Source: a virus
Taxonomy: Duplodnaviria; Caudoviricetes
Virus record (IMG/VR): IMGVR_UViG_3300025103_000071
Coordinates: 1-35,593 of that record
Length of the DNA: 35,593 nucleotides
Strand: one strand, 5' to 3'
The translations under genes were made by a program, and so were the position numbers. Positions 25,516-35,593 of the stretch are shown piece by piece (position 1 is the stretch's first letter; each line of letters starts with the position of its first letter). The notes below the pieces were generated by a model. That model had not been told where the DNA came from and made no database searches. It saw nothing but the letters and a program-made list of their open reading frames with translations.

Positions 25516-28500
25516 TCTGTAAAATTAGTGATGGAATCATATGCATCTCTAAATAGTGAACCGAAGAGGACTGGGAGGAACATGAACATTAATCTGTTCC
25601 CCCAGTCATCTCTTGCTTTTTCTTCATCTTCTTCACTAAATCCCATACCCAGCATAACAGCCCATACTACCATTCTTGCAGCTAATGCAAATACTGGATT
25701 TTCTGCGCTTCTTATGATTTTAGTTGCACCACTTGACCTTCCAATTATTTTCCACATAATAGGAGCTATTGAAGACATTACCCCAAATGTACTAGCGACA
25801 CCTCTTGACATTAAAAGACGTACAAATGCTTTAGCTTCTATATCAGTAGAATTTTCTCCAAGTGCTGTAAAAATCCTTACAAATGCATCTTTAGTATCGT
25901 AACTACTATCCATAAAGTTTGCTGCTATATTTCTATCGTGTATCATTTGGAAAAGAGTATATGATTTATATTGCATAACAGTCCTACCCATTCCTGAAAA
26001 AGCTTCACCCAACCAAACAGGAGACATCCCAAACATCATTTGATAAACTGCATCTCTAGCAACTTTTTTTGCTATTGGAGACTTGTACATACTATCATTG
26101 TAATCCCCCGTAGTAACCTTCCCAAGTAACCCCAGACTTTGAGCATGAAAAATAGCCATTAAGGCAGTTTCTGATCTCATTTGTTGCTCACCCTCAGTAA
26201 ATGTAAACAAATCTTTATTTCCTTCAGTAAACCACCATGATAATTTCCAAGTTACCATTTTTTTAAATTTATGATCTGATATTTCCCCAACAAGCCTTCT
26301 CATTCTTTTTTCTACTAAATCTCTTTTATTATTTGCTTCCTCAATAGTTAAAAGCCCCCAATAAGCATCTCTTTTATCAAGTAATTCCGTTTTTAGTTCA
26401 TCACTTAAATTGTCTGCATTGAATTCAGCACTCCATTTCTGATGTGTATCAAGTCTTTTTAATGTTTCTGTAAGTTCTCGTAAATAACTTATTTCAGCTT
26501 TTTTAAGTTTACTTTTTTCTCTAAATAACATATTTAATAAAAGATGATCAATGCTAGATTCACCATTCTTTAAAAAATTATCTTTACCTCTTCTTATAAG
26601 TGAAAACCAGTTTCTCATATTTTGACTTGGGATAGGAATAGCAGCACCACCAATCCATTTTGATACCCTATCAGAAAATGGATATAAACCAAAATCATGT
26701 CCATCTAGGTGCTCACCACTCCCAAGCATAATTTCATTAAACATACTAATCAAATTCAATACACCAGTTGCATCTACAACACTTTTCCATTTTGCTTGAG
26801 AAGTTTCAGTACCTCCATTTAATGCATTTCCAGCTTTTTTCCAAATATCAAGCCCATAATGTATGATTGGATTAAGTATCTGAGTTCTATTCCCCATAGC
26901 CCCACCCATACCTAAGAACCTACCAGAGAACAATCCGTTTATTATTAGCATCAGCTTTTCTGCACTAGCTTCATCAAATTCCCTACCAGCCCTTAAAGAT
27001 TTTGGAAACCAAGTATTCATCCATGCTGCTACTTCCTCTTGGCTAACATCCTGCCACCCTCTAAGTGTAGGTACTTTATTTATTGTATCAATATGCCCCA
27101 ATGCTAGTTTAACTCTATTTACCATGTAGTCTGTAATATCAGTAGGCATCATACTTTCAGTTTTTGATAGAGTATACATTGTTGAAACCATTTGATTAAC
27201 TAATGAATTCCTATGAAGATTTCTAAATGTTTTCTCAAGATATTCAGCATGAACATTACCATCTTTACGCCTATTAAGATTACTAGTCCATAATGATCTA
27301 TGTTCTGTATGCACAGTTGATGCTGCATCTCTTATATCTCTGCTCTGTTCACCAATGCCTCTAGAAACAAGCATTTCTAATATTTTATTAATACCATCTC
27401 TAGCAGGTTCTAATCTTTTTCTAGCCCAAGGATGTAAATCACCAGCTAATTTTTTATTTATATTTTCAACTGCATCATCCATCATATTCTCTAGTGCCTG
27501 CCTTGTAAACATGACCGGCCCATAGTTTACACCTATCTTCTGAAAATACGAATCTGATGTTGAAAGACCATATTTACCCTCATAGACAGCAGATTCAATT
27601 CCACCAAGCTTAAGTATATTATCATCTATCCAATCGGCTATTTCTCCTGCTGTATATTGTTTTTTTGTTTCAGGGTTAATCTTTCTTTTCATTTCGTTAG
27701 ATATTGTTTTTCTTAATCTAACAGAGGTTTTATCATTAGCTTTCCCAAATTTTCTTACATCTTCATATAAATCTCTATATTGTTCTCTATATTCTGCAAC
27801 TAAATCCCATAAAGTAATCCCACCTGTTCCTGCAATTGTTTTAGTTAATACAGCATCACTTGGTTGATTTTCTAAATATTGGAAAGCTCCATATGCTTTA
27901 TGTGGTTGAAATTTAATATCATTTTTTGAATTCTTTATTTTTTCTTTTATGTAATATTGTTTTGTTTCTCGACCATACTTCACTTCACCCTTACCTTGTA
28001 AATAAGAATAACTATGCTCTTTTTGAGCTTTATAAAATCCTTCTTTTAAAATATGTATATCTATATTATCTGCCTGATGAGCTACATTTTCCCATTCAGA
28101 AGTTGCATCTTTTTTCGACCTTAGTGCATAAACCTTATATGTCTCAGCCCCATTCCTAGGAGTTTCTTGCTTAACCATTAAATATTCAACTAATCCATCA
28201 GGAGAAAGTTGTATTTCAGGGTCAGCTGACTTAAATTCTGCAACAGAAAGGTCAGGAGTCTCATACTTCCCCTGCATATCAATATTCTCATTTTGAAATT
28301 CTGGAGGAGCATCTGGGTCTTTTTTATTTAAAAAGTCAGTTCTTGCCTTTCTTCTTTCGAGAGCATATGTTATGATTCTATTATCTCTTTGGCTTGTATT
28401 CTCGGTAGTTGTCGGTATAAAATATCTTGTTTGACCATGAACAATATCATTAGTAAACTCATCTCTGTATTTTTCCATTACTAAACTTTCATATAATACA

Positions 28501-29354
28501 TCATCAAATTTTTGATATTTATCACTATTGAAAATCTTTCTTCCAATATTAGAAAAGAAATTTGTTTTACCAGCATACCCTAATTTAGATTCAGGTATTG
28601 TCTTTTCTATATTTCTACCATCATCATCTTTTTGATTATCATAAGAAACACGATATTTCGTAGTCCCTTTAGTAGTTTTTATCCTTTTAAGTATAGTAAC
28701 ATTTTCTCCATCAGAATCAAATAAACCAGATATTCCATCAATGGGATTATCCAAATCTACCTGCCCACTACCAACAAGCTCCGTAAAATTTCCTTCAAAT
28801 CCCTCCTTTTGAATTTTCATTCTTTCAATATAGCTTTGGTAAGACTGAACAGTTTTATCAGTTATAGCCTGCGCTGCATCAATTAGTTTTGAAACAGTAC
28901 CAAACCTATCAGCTTTCATCATCAAAAGACCTGGAGGCATCAATGCTCTTTCCCAATTCTTCATTCTCTGGTCAGGTCTAGCCATTATTTCATCAGATTT
29001 CTTTCTAATCTTTTCAAATCTCTTATTCATACCATGTAAAGTTCTACTTGGTAATGTATCATTGCCCCTATAAATAGGATTTAGATTAAGTCTGCTAAAA
29101 TATGTAGCCCATTTACCAACCATATCCCAAGGGTCAGCTTCATAAGCAGTAGCACCACCCCACTTAAGAAAGTAATTTTTCATATTATCGTACAGAATTT
29201 TATGCATTTTATAATTACTAGCCTTCTTATTAGGTACACCTATCATATTAGATAATGCATCATTTATATTAAGTTCATAAGCTATTTGTAAAGCATTAAA
29301 ACTTTCTTCCATTTTATTCTTTACTGATACACAAGCTTTAAGTGATTTTGCCAT
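25512..29354 (-). CDS. 1280-aa probable internal virion/ejection protein
   Basis: Large, mostly helical; 'MQYKSY' and hydrophobic segments near the C-terminus; TAATG-coupled to the RNAP gene. Function inferred from context. Confidence 0.6.
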   Translation of the reverse strand: MAKSLKACVSVKNKMEESFNALQIAYELNINDALSNMIGVPNKKASNYKMHKILYDNMKNYFLKWGGATAYEADPWDMVGKWATYFSRLNLNPIYRGNDTLPSRTLHGMNKRFEKIRKKSDEIMARPDQRMKNWERALMPPGLLMMKADRFGTVSKLIDAAQAITDKTVQSYQSYIERMKIQKEGFEGNFTELVGSGQVDLDNPIDGISGLFDSDGENVTILKRIKTTKGTTKYRVSYDNQKDDDGRNIEKTIPESKLGYAGKTNFFSNIGRKIFNSDKYQKFDDVLYESLVMEKYRDEFTNDIVHGQTRYFIPTTTENTSQRDNRIITYALERRKARTDFLNKKDPDAPPEFQNENIDMQGKYETPDLSVAEFKSADPEIQLSPDGLVEYLMVKQETPRNGAETYKVYALRSKKDATSEWENVAHQADNIDIHILKEGFYKAQKEHSYSYLQGKGEVKYGRETKQYYIKEKIKNSKNDIKFQPHKAYGAFQYLENQPSDAVLTKTIAGTGGITLWDLVAEYREQYRDLYEDVRKFGKANDKTSVRLRKTISNEMKRKINPETKKQYTAGEIADWIDDNILKLGGIESAVYEGKYGLSTSDSYFQKIGVNYGPVMFTRQALENMMDDAVENINKKLAGDLHPWARKRLEPARDGINKILEMLVSRGIGEQSRDIRDAASTVHTEHRSLWTSNLNRRKDGNVHAEYLEKTFRNLHRNSLVNQMVSTMYTLSKTESMMPTDITDYMVNRVKLALGHIDTINKVPTLRGWQDVSQEEVAAWMNTWFPKSLRAGREFDEASAEKLMLIINGLFSGRFLGMGGAMGNRTQILNPIIHYGLDIWKKAGNALNGGTETSQAKWKSVVDATGVLNLISMFNEIMLGSGEHLDGHDFGLYPFSDRVSKWIGGAAIPIPSQNMRNWFSLIRRGKDNFLKNGESSIDHLLLNMLFREKSKLKKAEISYLRELTETLKRLDTHQKWSAEFNADNLSDELKTELLDKRDAYWGLLTIEEANNKRDLVEKRMRRLVGEISDHKFKKMVTWKLSWWFTEGNKDLFTFTEGEQQMRSETALMAIFHAQSLGLLGKVTTGDYNDSMYKSPIAKKVARDAVYQMMFGMSPVWLGEAFSGMGRTVMQYKSYTLFQMIHDRNIAANFMDSSYDTKDAFVRIFTALGENSTDIEAKAFVRLLMSRGVASTFGVMSSIAPIMWKIIGRSSGATKIIRSAENPVFALAARMVVWAVMLGMGFSEEDEEKARDDWGNRLMFMFLPVLFGSLFRDAYDSITNFTD

Positions 29355-32300
29355 TATTTACACTTTATGTTATTAAGCATTTGATTATTTACATTGTTAA
29401 TTTCATGTATATCCATTCCTTTTTTCCTTCTTGTTTGTTGAAGAGTCTGAGGATCAATTTTTATTTCACCTTTCTTAACATCTCTAACTTTCTCATCCCA
29501 TTTTTTAAAATATTTTCTTATTGTTGTTTTGTCTAATAATTTCATTGGTGGTATATGTAATCTGTATGCTGGTTTTCTACCTTTAACAACTACTCCCTGC
29601 AAGTAGTATAGAGTAGCAACTACTTGTTCTTCTTTTGTTAGCTTATTCCACTCCTCTATATGAAGATCAGTTAATAAAGCCATAGGCTCATTATAATCAT
29701 ATCTTAATTCTATAGCATCATAACCACCCTTAGCCAGTCCTTTTTCTTTCTCTATTTTATCTAATAAATCAAAATAATCACTAGCAAAGTTATCCATATA
29801 AGTAGTAGCATTATTTAAAGCTTTTCTATTTGCTGGACTTCTTAAATAGTCCTGCATTTCCAATGCAATATTATCAGTTGCTCTAGCATGTGCTATACGA
29901 TTTGCTGTATCTGTAAACATCATAGGCAAATCTCCATCTACCCATAACTCACCATCTTCTTTGCCCTTTCTCATATGAAGAGAAATAAGTATTTCTTCCT
30001 GTGGTGTAAGATTTTCATTTAATTTTATATACCATTTACCCTTTAGAGGTTTCTGTTTTCTTTCACTTAACTGCTTAGCTACCTTAAGACCAATCTTATG
30101 CCCAACAGTACTAATTCCCTCACCATGACTTAGCATCCTTGCCATTTCAGCCGATTTGCTAAATAACCCATATATATCATACTGTTTTTGATTTGTATTG
30201 TTTATTCCCTGCCTTACTGGGCTAAAATTCATCAAACGAAGTACTGATCTGAGAGCATTCATAGGATTTTGGATAGTATCATTAAATGCACTTTTTATAT
30301 TTTTCCTTGGGTTGCCCATCATTGATGCAACGCTATTGCCATTATTATTTTTAAATAATCTAGAGTACACAAAGTCTGGATTAATTTTTAACTGCCCAAG
30401 AAATCCAAATTTAGAATCATCTACAGCCATTTGTAGAAGAATACTTAATTCGTGTTCTTTTGTAGTACCCAAATGAAAATTAATTTTATTATCCACTATA
30501 TAGTCTTGACGAAATTTTTGATAATCATCAGCTGTATATTCTTTATTTGATTCACCATTAATAATAGAATCACCTTGTTCATATAAACCATTCCAAGCAT
30601 CTTCTGTCATAATTAAAGTATCGCCTTCCATAACTTTTATATTGACATAATCTAAAACAACCTTGTCTGTTGGTTTAAAAACTCTATATGCCATTGTTCC
30701 AAGATCAAGTTTAAACTTCTTTATACCCAGAGAGAACATAGTATTTCGTGCATTAGTAATCATTCCAATAGTTTTCTGAGCACTTGAAATTTGATTAATA
30801 ACATAGTTGACATGAGTTGAATTAGACATGTCTGTAGCACCCGTTGTATTATCAAGAATTTTTAAATTAACTGCTTTTCTTTTACGTTTCCACAGATCAC
30901 CATCTCTAAAAGTTTTAAAGGCATCAATAACTTCATTATCTGTGATAATTTCAACCATTGTTTTGTCACCATCCCAATCACCATCAAATACATTTATTAT
31001 ATCTTCTGCATTGGCAAACAGAGTCTCACCATGATCGCTTTTAACAAAACTGTGTAGTCTTCTAACAACAACACCAGTAAGTTTAGCAACAGGTTGTCTA
31101 GATAATAACAACTCAACTTTATGATGCTTCAAGTATTGGTTTAAAGCAGTTACTTTACTATCGTAACTATAATCCCAACTCTGTATAGGTTTCTTCTTCT
31201 TTTCTTTTCTTTTTTTATTAATTCCTAATATATATTTGTCTAACCAAGCTTTATCACGAATAACTAAAGCAGTCACATGATTGACGAGAGTAGAATTTTT
31301 TTGACTAATTGAAACACTTTGTTTTGGTATCTCAAGGTGTACTTTAGGTTTAAAGAATAATTGAGTTGCCTTACCCTTCTTTTTCTGACGCATTTTAAAT
31401 AATCCATGCGTAAAAATCCTTTTTTTAATCATCTCTTTCCAAAAACTAGTAGCTGCTGGATGATGAACTCCCTTACCATCTTCACCTATTGTATCTATAA
31501 TACTTTGAAATTGTGTCTGGACTTGACCATCTTGAAGTTCTTGTTTCAATTCATCTCGTAATGACTTAGGATTATTAAGAAAGCCCTGAAAAGCTTTTAA
31601 ATAGTCATTGGTTATTGAACCATAATGTTTTCTAAGGGCTTTTATAAAGGCTTTCCCACCATGCTTCTCATCATTCAATATTTCAGTATCCATAGCTAAC
31701 TCACCCCAAGTAACAGGAAAAGCAGCAGTAGTCTTAGAATGTTCTTGTGCTTGTATTATTTTTTGTGATGTCTCTGGTATTGATTGTACTGTATAAAACT
31801 CAGAGAATCTACCTGATGTCATTTTTGAAGTATGCACAGATGAAAGGTGATCAATAACCTTACCTGTTTTAACATCTATTATACTATTATTAATTCCACT
31901 ACCAGATACCCTAGCAAAAGCTTCCGTTTCTCCTTTCCTTCTAAATTCCATACCATTAAAAGCAGTCATTTGCATCATTTTAGTACCAATATAATTATCA
32001 GCAGCATAGGGATCATCAGCTTTCTCTAGGACTCTTATAACTCCCTTAACTTCATTAAGGTCTTTAATACCAGTTTTTTCTATTAGCCTCTTAAACCAAG
32101 TACCAGATGAAATCATCCAACCATCTTGATTAATTGTAATATCTACTTTTTTACCACCTACCCAAACTTCAACGTCATCATCAATAGTCATGATTGTGGA
32201 GTCTCCCATACCCCTTGGGACATATCCCTCTGTCATGTCAATTCTAAGCCTATTGTAGTAGTCCTGAATACCTAAAGGAGTAACCTCCTGCTCAGAATTC

Positions 32301-35300
32301 TGGACATCAAGGTGAGTTCCCATTAAATACTTATTACCTTTGGTATCTTTCCACCACTCATGCTTACCTATAATCTGTCTAAAATCTTCTTTTATAGATA
32401 TTGACTCACCATTTTTAGAGGTCATTCTAACGCCAACATTAGAACCACCAGTCTTTGATGCATTCATAAATTGAGCTTTATGATTTTCAGTTATATTACC
32501 ATATTCAATTTCTTTATCAAGGTATTCTATGAATTGTTTTTCTGTATAAGATGTATATTCAGGATTTACCTTAGCAAACACAAGCATCCCCTGACTTCCT
32601 GACTTAACACCAACAAAAGTAATTAAATTATTCTCGCCAGAGTTAGGATTATCAAAATCAAAAACAAATTCACCTTGCCAACTAGCAATTTGTTCAGCAT
32701 TTGCTGTCATATCTGATTTGGCAAAGTATTTTTCTTTTGTACCAAAAGTTGTTTTTTGCATAACAACATCTTCCATACTCAGTATAATAGTTCTTTCACC
32801 AAATCCTTGATCTTCCCTAAAATTAGACACAGCACTCAATGGGACTCTGTTACCACTAGCTAATTCAAATCTTTGAGTAACGACACCATTTTCATCTTTT
32901 GTCACACTTGTCATGCCTTTATATGAGAGCATAACAGCACCTTCTTGAGAAACCTGAACAGCCTCATAATGCATTCTACCACCTTGTCTTAATACTGGAT
33001 CGAATACTTCAATTTTTGAATTACTTTTATTGAAGAATTGACGAACATAGTCAGCAGGAGTATCTCTGCCATAGTTTTTTTTGAAGAATTTATCAAACTC
33101 TTTTTCAAAATTATCAAAATTGTTAACATTCTTTTTGGCTAATTCTATCATTTCCTGATAATCATCATTCATAAAATGAATACCAAGCTTACTCTCCCAA
33201 TGTGAAATCATAAATATATCACTTGGATTCCATCCATTGTCTCTATCTACAGCTTGATTCTCATACCCAGTATTAGCTAACAAAGACCTGTTGCCACCTC
33301 TTAGACTAAGTATTATCTCTCCTTCTTGGTAAAAGCGACCAGCTATTAGTTCGCCTAATTCATCTTCTTGAATCATATCAAACAAATTCTTTACTTCTAA
33401 CCAGAATTTTCTAAGCCACATTTCTACACGCTTTCTAGTAGAGCCAGTTAGTCTATTGGCATAATAGTCTCCTATATACTGAACAAGTTCCTCTTTTGAT
33501 TTAAATTTTTTAATACCTGCTTTTACTACTTTATTGTTAATAAGCATATTAACATAAGGGTGAGCATATTCATGTGGGGCTGTATCAAATGTAGCATCAG
33601 ACTTTCCCCACATAACAGCAGCACCTATCGCAGCCCCAGCTACCCTGTCACCATCAATAATTAACTTCTCAACTTCGGTTACATCTATACTAGGATACTT
33701 CTTCTTTAGTCTCTTCTTAATTTTCTCCCAAATTTTTGGAGATGTAGTTGCTTTTGGTTGTGTAGATGCTTCTTTCTGTTGTAATTCAATATTGCCAATG
33801 CTATCTGATCTTGATGCACCACTATCCTTTTTTTCGGAAACAAAAGCATCATGGAAAGCTTCTAATTCAACAGACCCTAGCTTGCCTTCTCTCTCAGCAG
33901 CCTCTATTCTTTTTAGTAGAGGAGCAACTTGTTCTTGACTTATTATACCATCCTCTACCCCAGACTCTAAAGCAAGTGTTGTTTCACCTCCCCTATTAAG
34001 AAACATTTTATGAGCATTAAGAGCAGCTTCTATAAAACGAAACTGTTCTGGAGTCATAGGAGTTTTTTGTTTAGCTTTTAATTTTTGAGTTTCAGCTTTC
34101 TTTTGTTGTAACGATTGTTCAAACCTAGCTTTAAAACCAGCCTCGTCTCTGATGTCCCCCCTAGTACCTTTTGATGTTCTATATACAAAATTCTTAGGAG
34201 CCACCACTTCTGTTTCTATCCCAAGTCGAAAAGCAGCCTTAGCGGCAGCCTCATCAAATCCAGTTTGACCACCAGTAATAACTTTACCAGTAACCTCTCG
34301 ACCACTTTCCTTTACTTTGCTAACAACCGCAGATAGCCAATGTCCTACATTTGTATCTAAATTTGACTGTCTTTGTTCTTTTTCTTTTACTGTTCCTTGG
34401 TAATTACCATGACCAGCAATATTTAAAGTGCCTCCATCAGCAAGAACATTAGCAGCATCTTGAATTTGTCTATCACTCAAAGTAATAGAAAATCTACCTT
34501 GTTCATCAACAGGTACTCTAGAGTATTTTTTAGCATACTTCCTCGTAGCACCAGAGCCTTTTTCTGTTTTAGAAAAATCAATAGTTAAATCAGCTTCTTG
34601 ACCAGTTTCTCTTGTTCTAGCAGGGTATCCGGGTTTCTTAAGTTCTCTAAATTTAATTTTGCTAGGGGTAGTAACATCAGGACTTGACACGGGTGCAGTC
34701 GTAAGAGGTTCGCCTGTTTCGTTATCAATATCTTCTGATCCAAATAAATCTTGTTGTTCACCACCTTTTTGTGCGAAATCTGCTACATTTTGAACGGGAT
34801 CACCAACACCTTCTGGAGTCTCATCTGAAATTGGAACATCTGCTAAGTCTTTAGGAATAGGTTTTCCAGTAACTTTTTCATCAGTTATTATTTCAGTAGA
34901 AGTAATAGCATCAGTTTTAAAAGCAAGATACTCTTTTTCTATTTCTTTAACTTCACCTTTACTAGTACGATATTGTTCTAAAATAAGACCATCATATCCT
35001 TTACGATAAAGAAGATTTGTAAATTTTTCTCTTCCAAAATTTGATATTATATCATATATAGGTGGAGCATAAAATTCTGAAGGTCTACCATCTGTAAATT
35101 TTTGTTCTATCATTTCAACAGGAACACCAAGCTCTTTTAAGAACTCAATTTGTTTATCAAATTTTTGTTTTAATTCTTCGGGTTCATCTAAGCGTTTATC
35201 AAACTGTTTCAAATAACTCCCCTCACCCATCAAAACAAGTGGATTTTTTAAAGTTATTTTTGATTTATAAACAAATCCTTTTACTCTTTTTCCAAAATTA

Positions 35301-35593
35301 GTTGCGTATTCTTTTGCTTTAACTATTTTTTCAGTAAAAGCTATCCCCTTACCAAAACCACCAGATTCTCGTTGCCCAGATTTTTCAACATCAAATTCTG
35401 TAAATTCATCGGGGCTACCATGATAAACTTCTATGTCTTTCATTCCCCGGGTAGTAGCAGTTTCTTTACCAGTTACTTGCTCATATATTGCTTCCTTTAA
35501 ACCCCTGATAATTGATGCTCCTGTTTGGATATTACCTTTATCATCTAATGGAACTGTTATGCCAAGAGCCCCAGCTACTTCATGTGTTAGCTT
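29354..35593 (-). CDS. Giant polyvalent virion protein containing a two-barrel (DPBB) RNA polymerase; 5'-truncated by the window
   Basis: 'LLLSRQP...FDGDWDGDKTMV' catalytic motif; ART-like 'VYHGS...GFGKGIAFT'; SLOG 'GGQTGFD'; 'HEYAH'. Frame stays open from the track start 35443 to 35593. Confidence 0.8.
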   Translation of the reverse strand, partial: KLTHEVAGALGITVPLDDKGNIQTGASIIRGLKEAIYEQVTGKETATTRGMKDIEVYHGSPDEFTEFDVEKSGQRESGGFGKGIAFTEKIVKAKEYATNFGKRVKGFVYKSKITLKNPLVLMGEGSYLKQFDKRLDEPEELKQKFDKQIEFLKELGVPVEMIEQKFTDGRPSEFYAPPIYDIISNFGREKFTNLLYRKGYDGLILEQYRTSKGEVKEIEKEYLAFKTDAITSTEIITDEKVTGKPIPKDLADVPISDETPEGVGDPVQNVADFAQKGGEQQDLFGSEDIDNETGEPLTTAPVSSPDVTTPSKIKFRELKKPGYPARTRETGQEADLTIDFSKTEKGSGATRKYAKKYSRVPVDEQGRFSITLSDRQIQDAANVLADGGTLNIAGHGNYQGTVKEKEQRQSNLDTNVGHWLSAVVSKVKESGREVTGKVITGGQTGFDEAAAKAAFRLGIETEVVAPKNFVYRTSKGTRGDIRDEAGFKARFEQSLQQKKAETQKLKAKQKTPMTPEQFRFIEAALNAHKMFLNRGGETTLALESGVEDGIISQEQVAPLLKRIEAAEREGKLGSVELEAFHDAFVSEKKDSGASRSDSIGNIELQQKEASTQPKATTSPKIWEKIKKRLKKKYPSIDVTEVEKLIIDGDRVAGAAIGAAVMWGKSDATFDTAPHEYAHPYVNMLINNKVVKAGIKKFKSKEELVQYIGDYYANRLTGSTRKRVEMWLRKFWLEVKNLFDMIQEDELGELIAGRFYQEGEIILSLRGGNRSLLANTGYENQAVDRDNGWNPSDIFMISHWESKLGIHFMNDDYQEMIELAKKNVNNFDNFEKEFDKFFKKNYGRDTPADYVRQFFNKSNSKIEVFDPVLRQGGRMHYEAVQVSQEGAVMLSYKGMTSVTKDENGVVTQRFELASGNRVPLSAVSNFREDQGFGERTIILSMEDVVMQKTTFGTKEKYFAKSDMTANAEQIASWQGEFVFDFDNPNSGENNLITFVGVKSGSQGMLVFAKVNPEYTSYTEKQFIEYLDKEIEYGNITENHKAQFMNASKTGGSNVGVRMTSKNGESISIKEDFRQIIGKHEWWKDTKGNKYLMGTHLDVQNSEQEVTPLGIQDYYNRLRIDMTEGYVPRGMGDSTIMTIDDDVEVWVGGKKVDITINQDGWMISSGTWFKRLIEKTGIKDLNEVKGVIRVLEKADDPYAADNYIGTKMMQMTAFNGMEFRRKGETEAFARVSGSGINNSIIDVKTGKVIDHLSSVHTSKMTSGRFSEFYTVQSIPETSQKIIQAQEHSKTTAAFPVTWGELAMDTEILNDEKHGGKAFIKALRKHYGSITNDYLKAFQGFLNNPKSLRDELKQELQDGQVQTQFQSIIDTIGEDGKGVHHPAATSFWKEMIKKRIFTHGLFKMRQKKKGKATQLFFKPKVHLEIPKQSVSISQKNSTLVNHVTALVIRDKAWLDKYILGINKKRKEKKKKPIQSWDYSYDSKVTALNQYLKHHKVELLLSRQPVAKLTGVVVRRLHSFVKSDHGETLFANAEDIINVFDGDWDGDKTMVEIITDNEVIDAFKTFRDGDLWKRKRKAVNLKILDNTTGATDMSNSTHVNYVINQISSAQKTIGMITNARNTMFSLGIKKFKLDLGTMAYRVFKPTDKVVLDYVNIKVMEGDTLIMTEDAWNGLYEQGDSIINGESNKEYTADDYQKFRQDYIVDNKINFHLGTTKEHELSILLQMAVDDSKFGFLGQLKINPDFVYSRLFKNNNGNSVASMMGNPRKNIKSAFNDTIQNPMNALRSVLRLMNFSPVRQGINNTNQKQYDIYGLFSKSAEMARMLSHGEGISTVGHKIGLKVAKQLSERKQKPLKGKWYIKLNENLTPQEEILISLHMRKGKEDGELWVDGDLPMMFTDTANRIAHARATDNIALEMQDYLRSPANRKALNNATTYMDNFASDYFDLLDKIEKEKGLAKGGYDAIELRYDYNEPMALLTDLHIEEWNKLTKEEQVVATLYYLQGVVVKGRKPAYRLHIPPMKLLDKTTIRKYFKKWDEKVRDVKKGEIKIDPQTLQQTRRKKGMDIHEINNVNNQMLNNIKCK

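Noticed and set aside
25528-33999. Plus-strand ORFs inside the two giant genes
   Set aside because: Antisense shadows with no RBS or motifs
1-35593. Stop-codon reassignment as seen in some crAss-like phages
   Set aside because: Long genes are intact under the standard code and coding density is high; TAG is rarely used as a stop but nothing requires read-through
1-35593. Introns, inteins, integrase, reverse transcriptase or DGR
   Set aside because: TerL, DnaB, portal and MCP are uninterrupted and of ordinary size; no RT or recombinase motifs seen

Overview
AT-rich, gene-dense segment of a tailed dsDNA phage with a podovirus-like gene set, in three blocks. (1) 1-13052, minus strand: packaging and head module with small terminase, metallophosphoesterase, large terminase, lysozyme-like protein, portal, scaffold, major capsid protein and a 1076-aa repetitive protein. 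(2) 13111-25515, plus strand: early/replication module with many tiny ORFs interleaved with about ten non-identical, stem-closed structured-RNA-like elements, then a Cas4-like exonuclease, Rad52/Sak annealase, SSB-like protein, DUF932, Dam-type methylase, DnaB and RuvC; no DNA polymerase or primase is visible. (3) 25512-35593, minus strand: two giant probable virion-injected proteins. The second is a polyvalent protein (ART-like, SLOG, HExxH zincin) fused to a two-barrel RNA polymerase (RQP...DWDGD) and runs off the window edge. The three most striking observations are the structured-RNA array at 13.6-16.5 kb, the mirror-symmetric ~1:2 Pro-rich/alpha-helical repeat architecture of the 1076-aa protein, and a crAss-like virion RNAP in a phage that uses Shine-Dalgarno sites and shows no polymerase. 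All calls come from motif reading and hand base-pairing; no database searches or folding programs were run.
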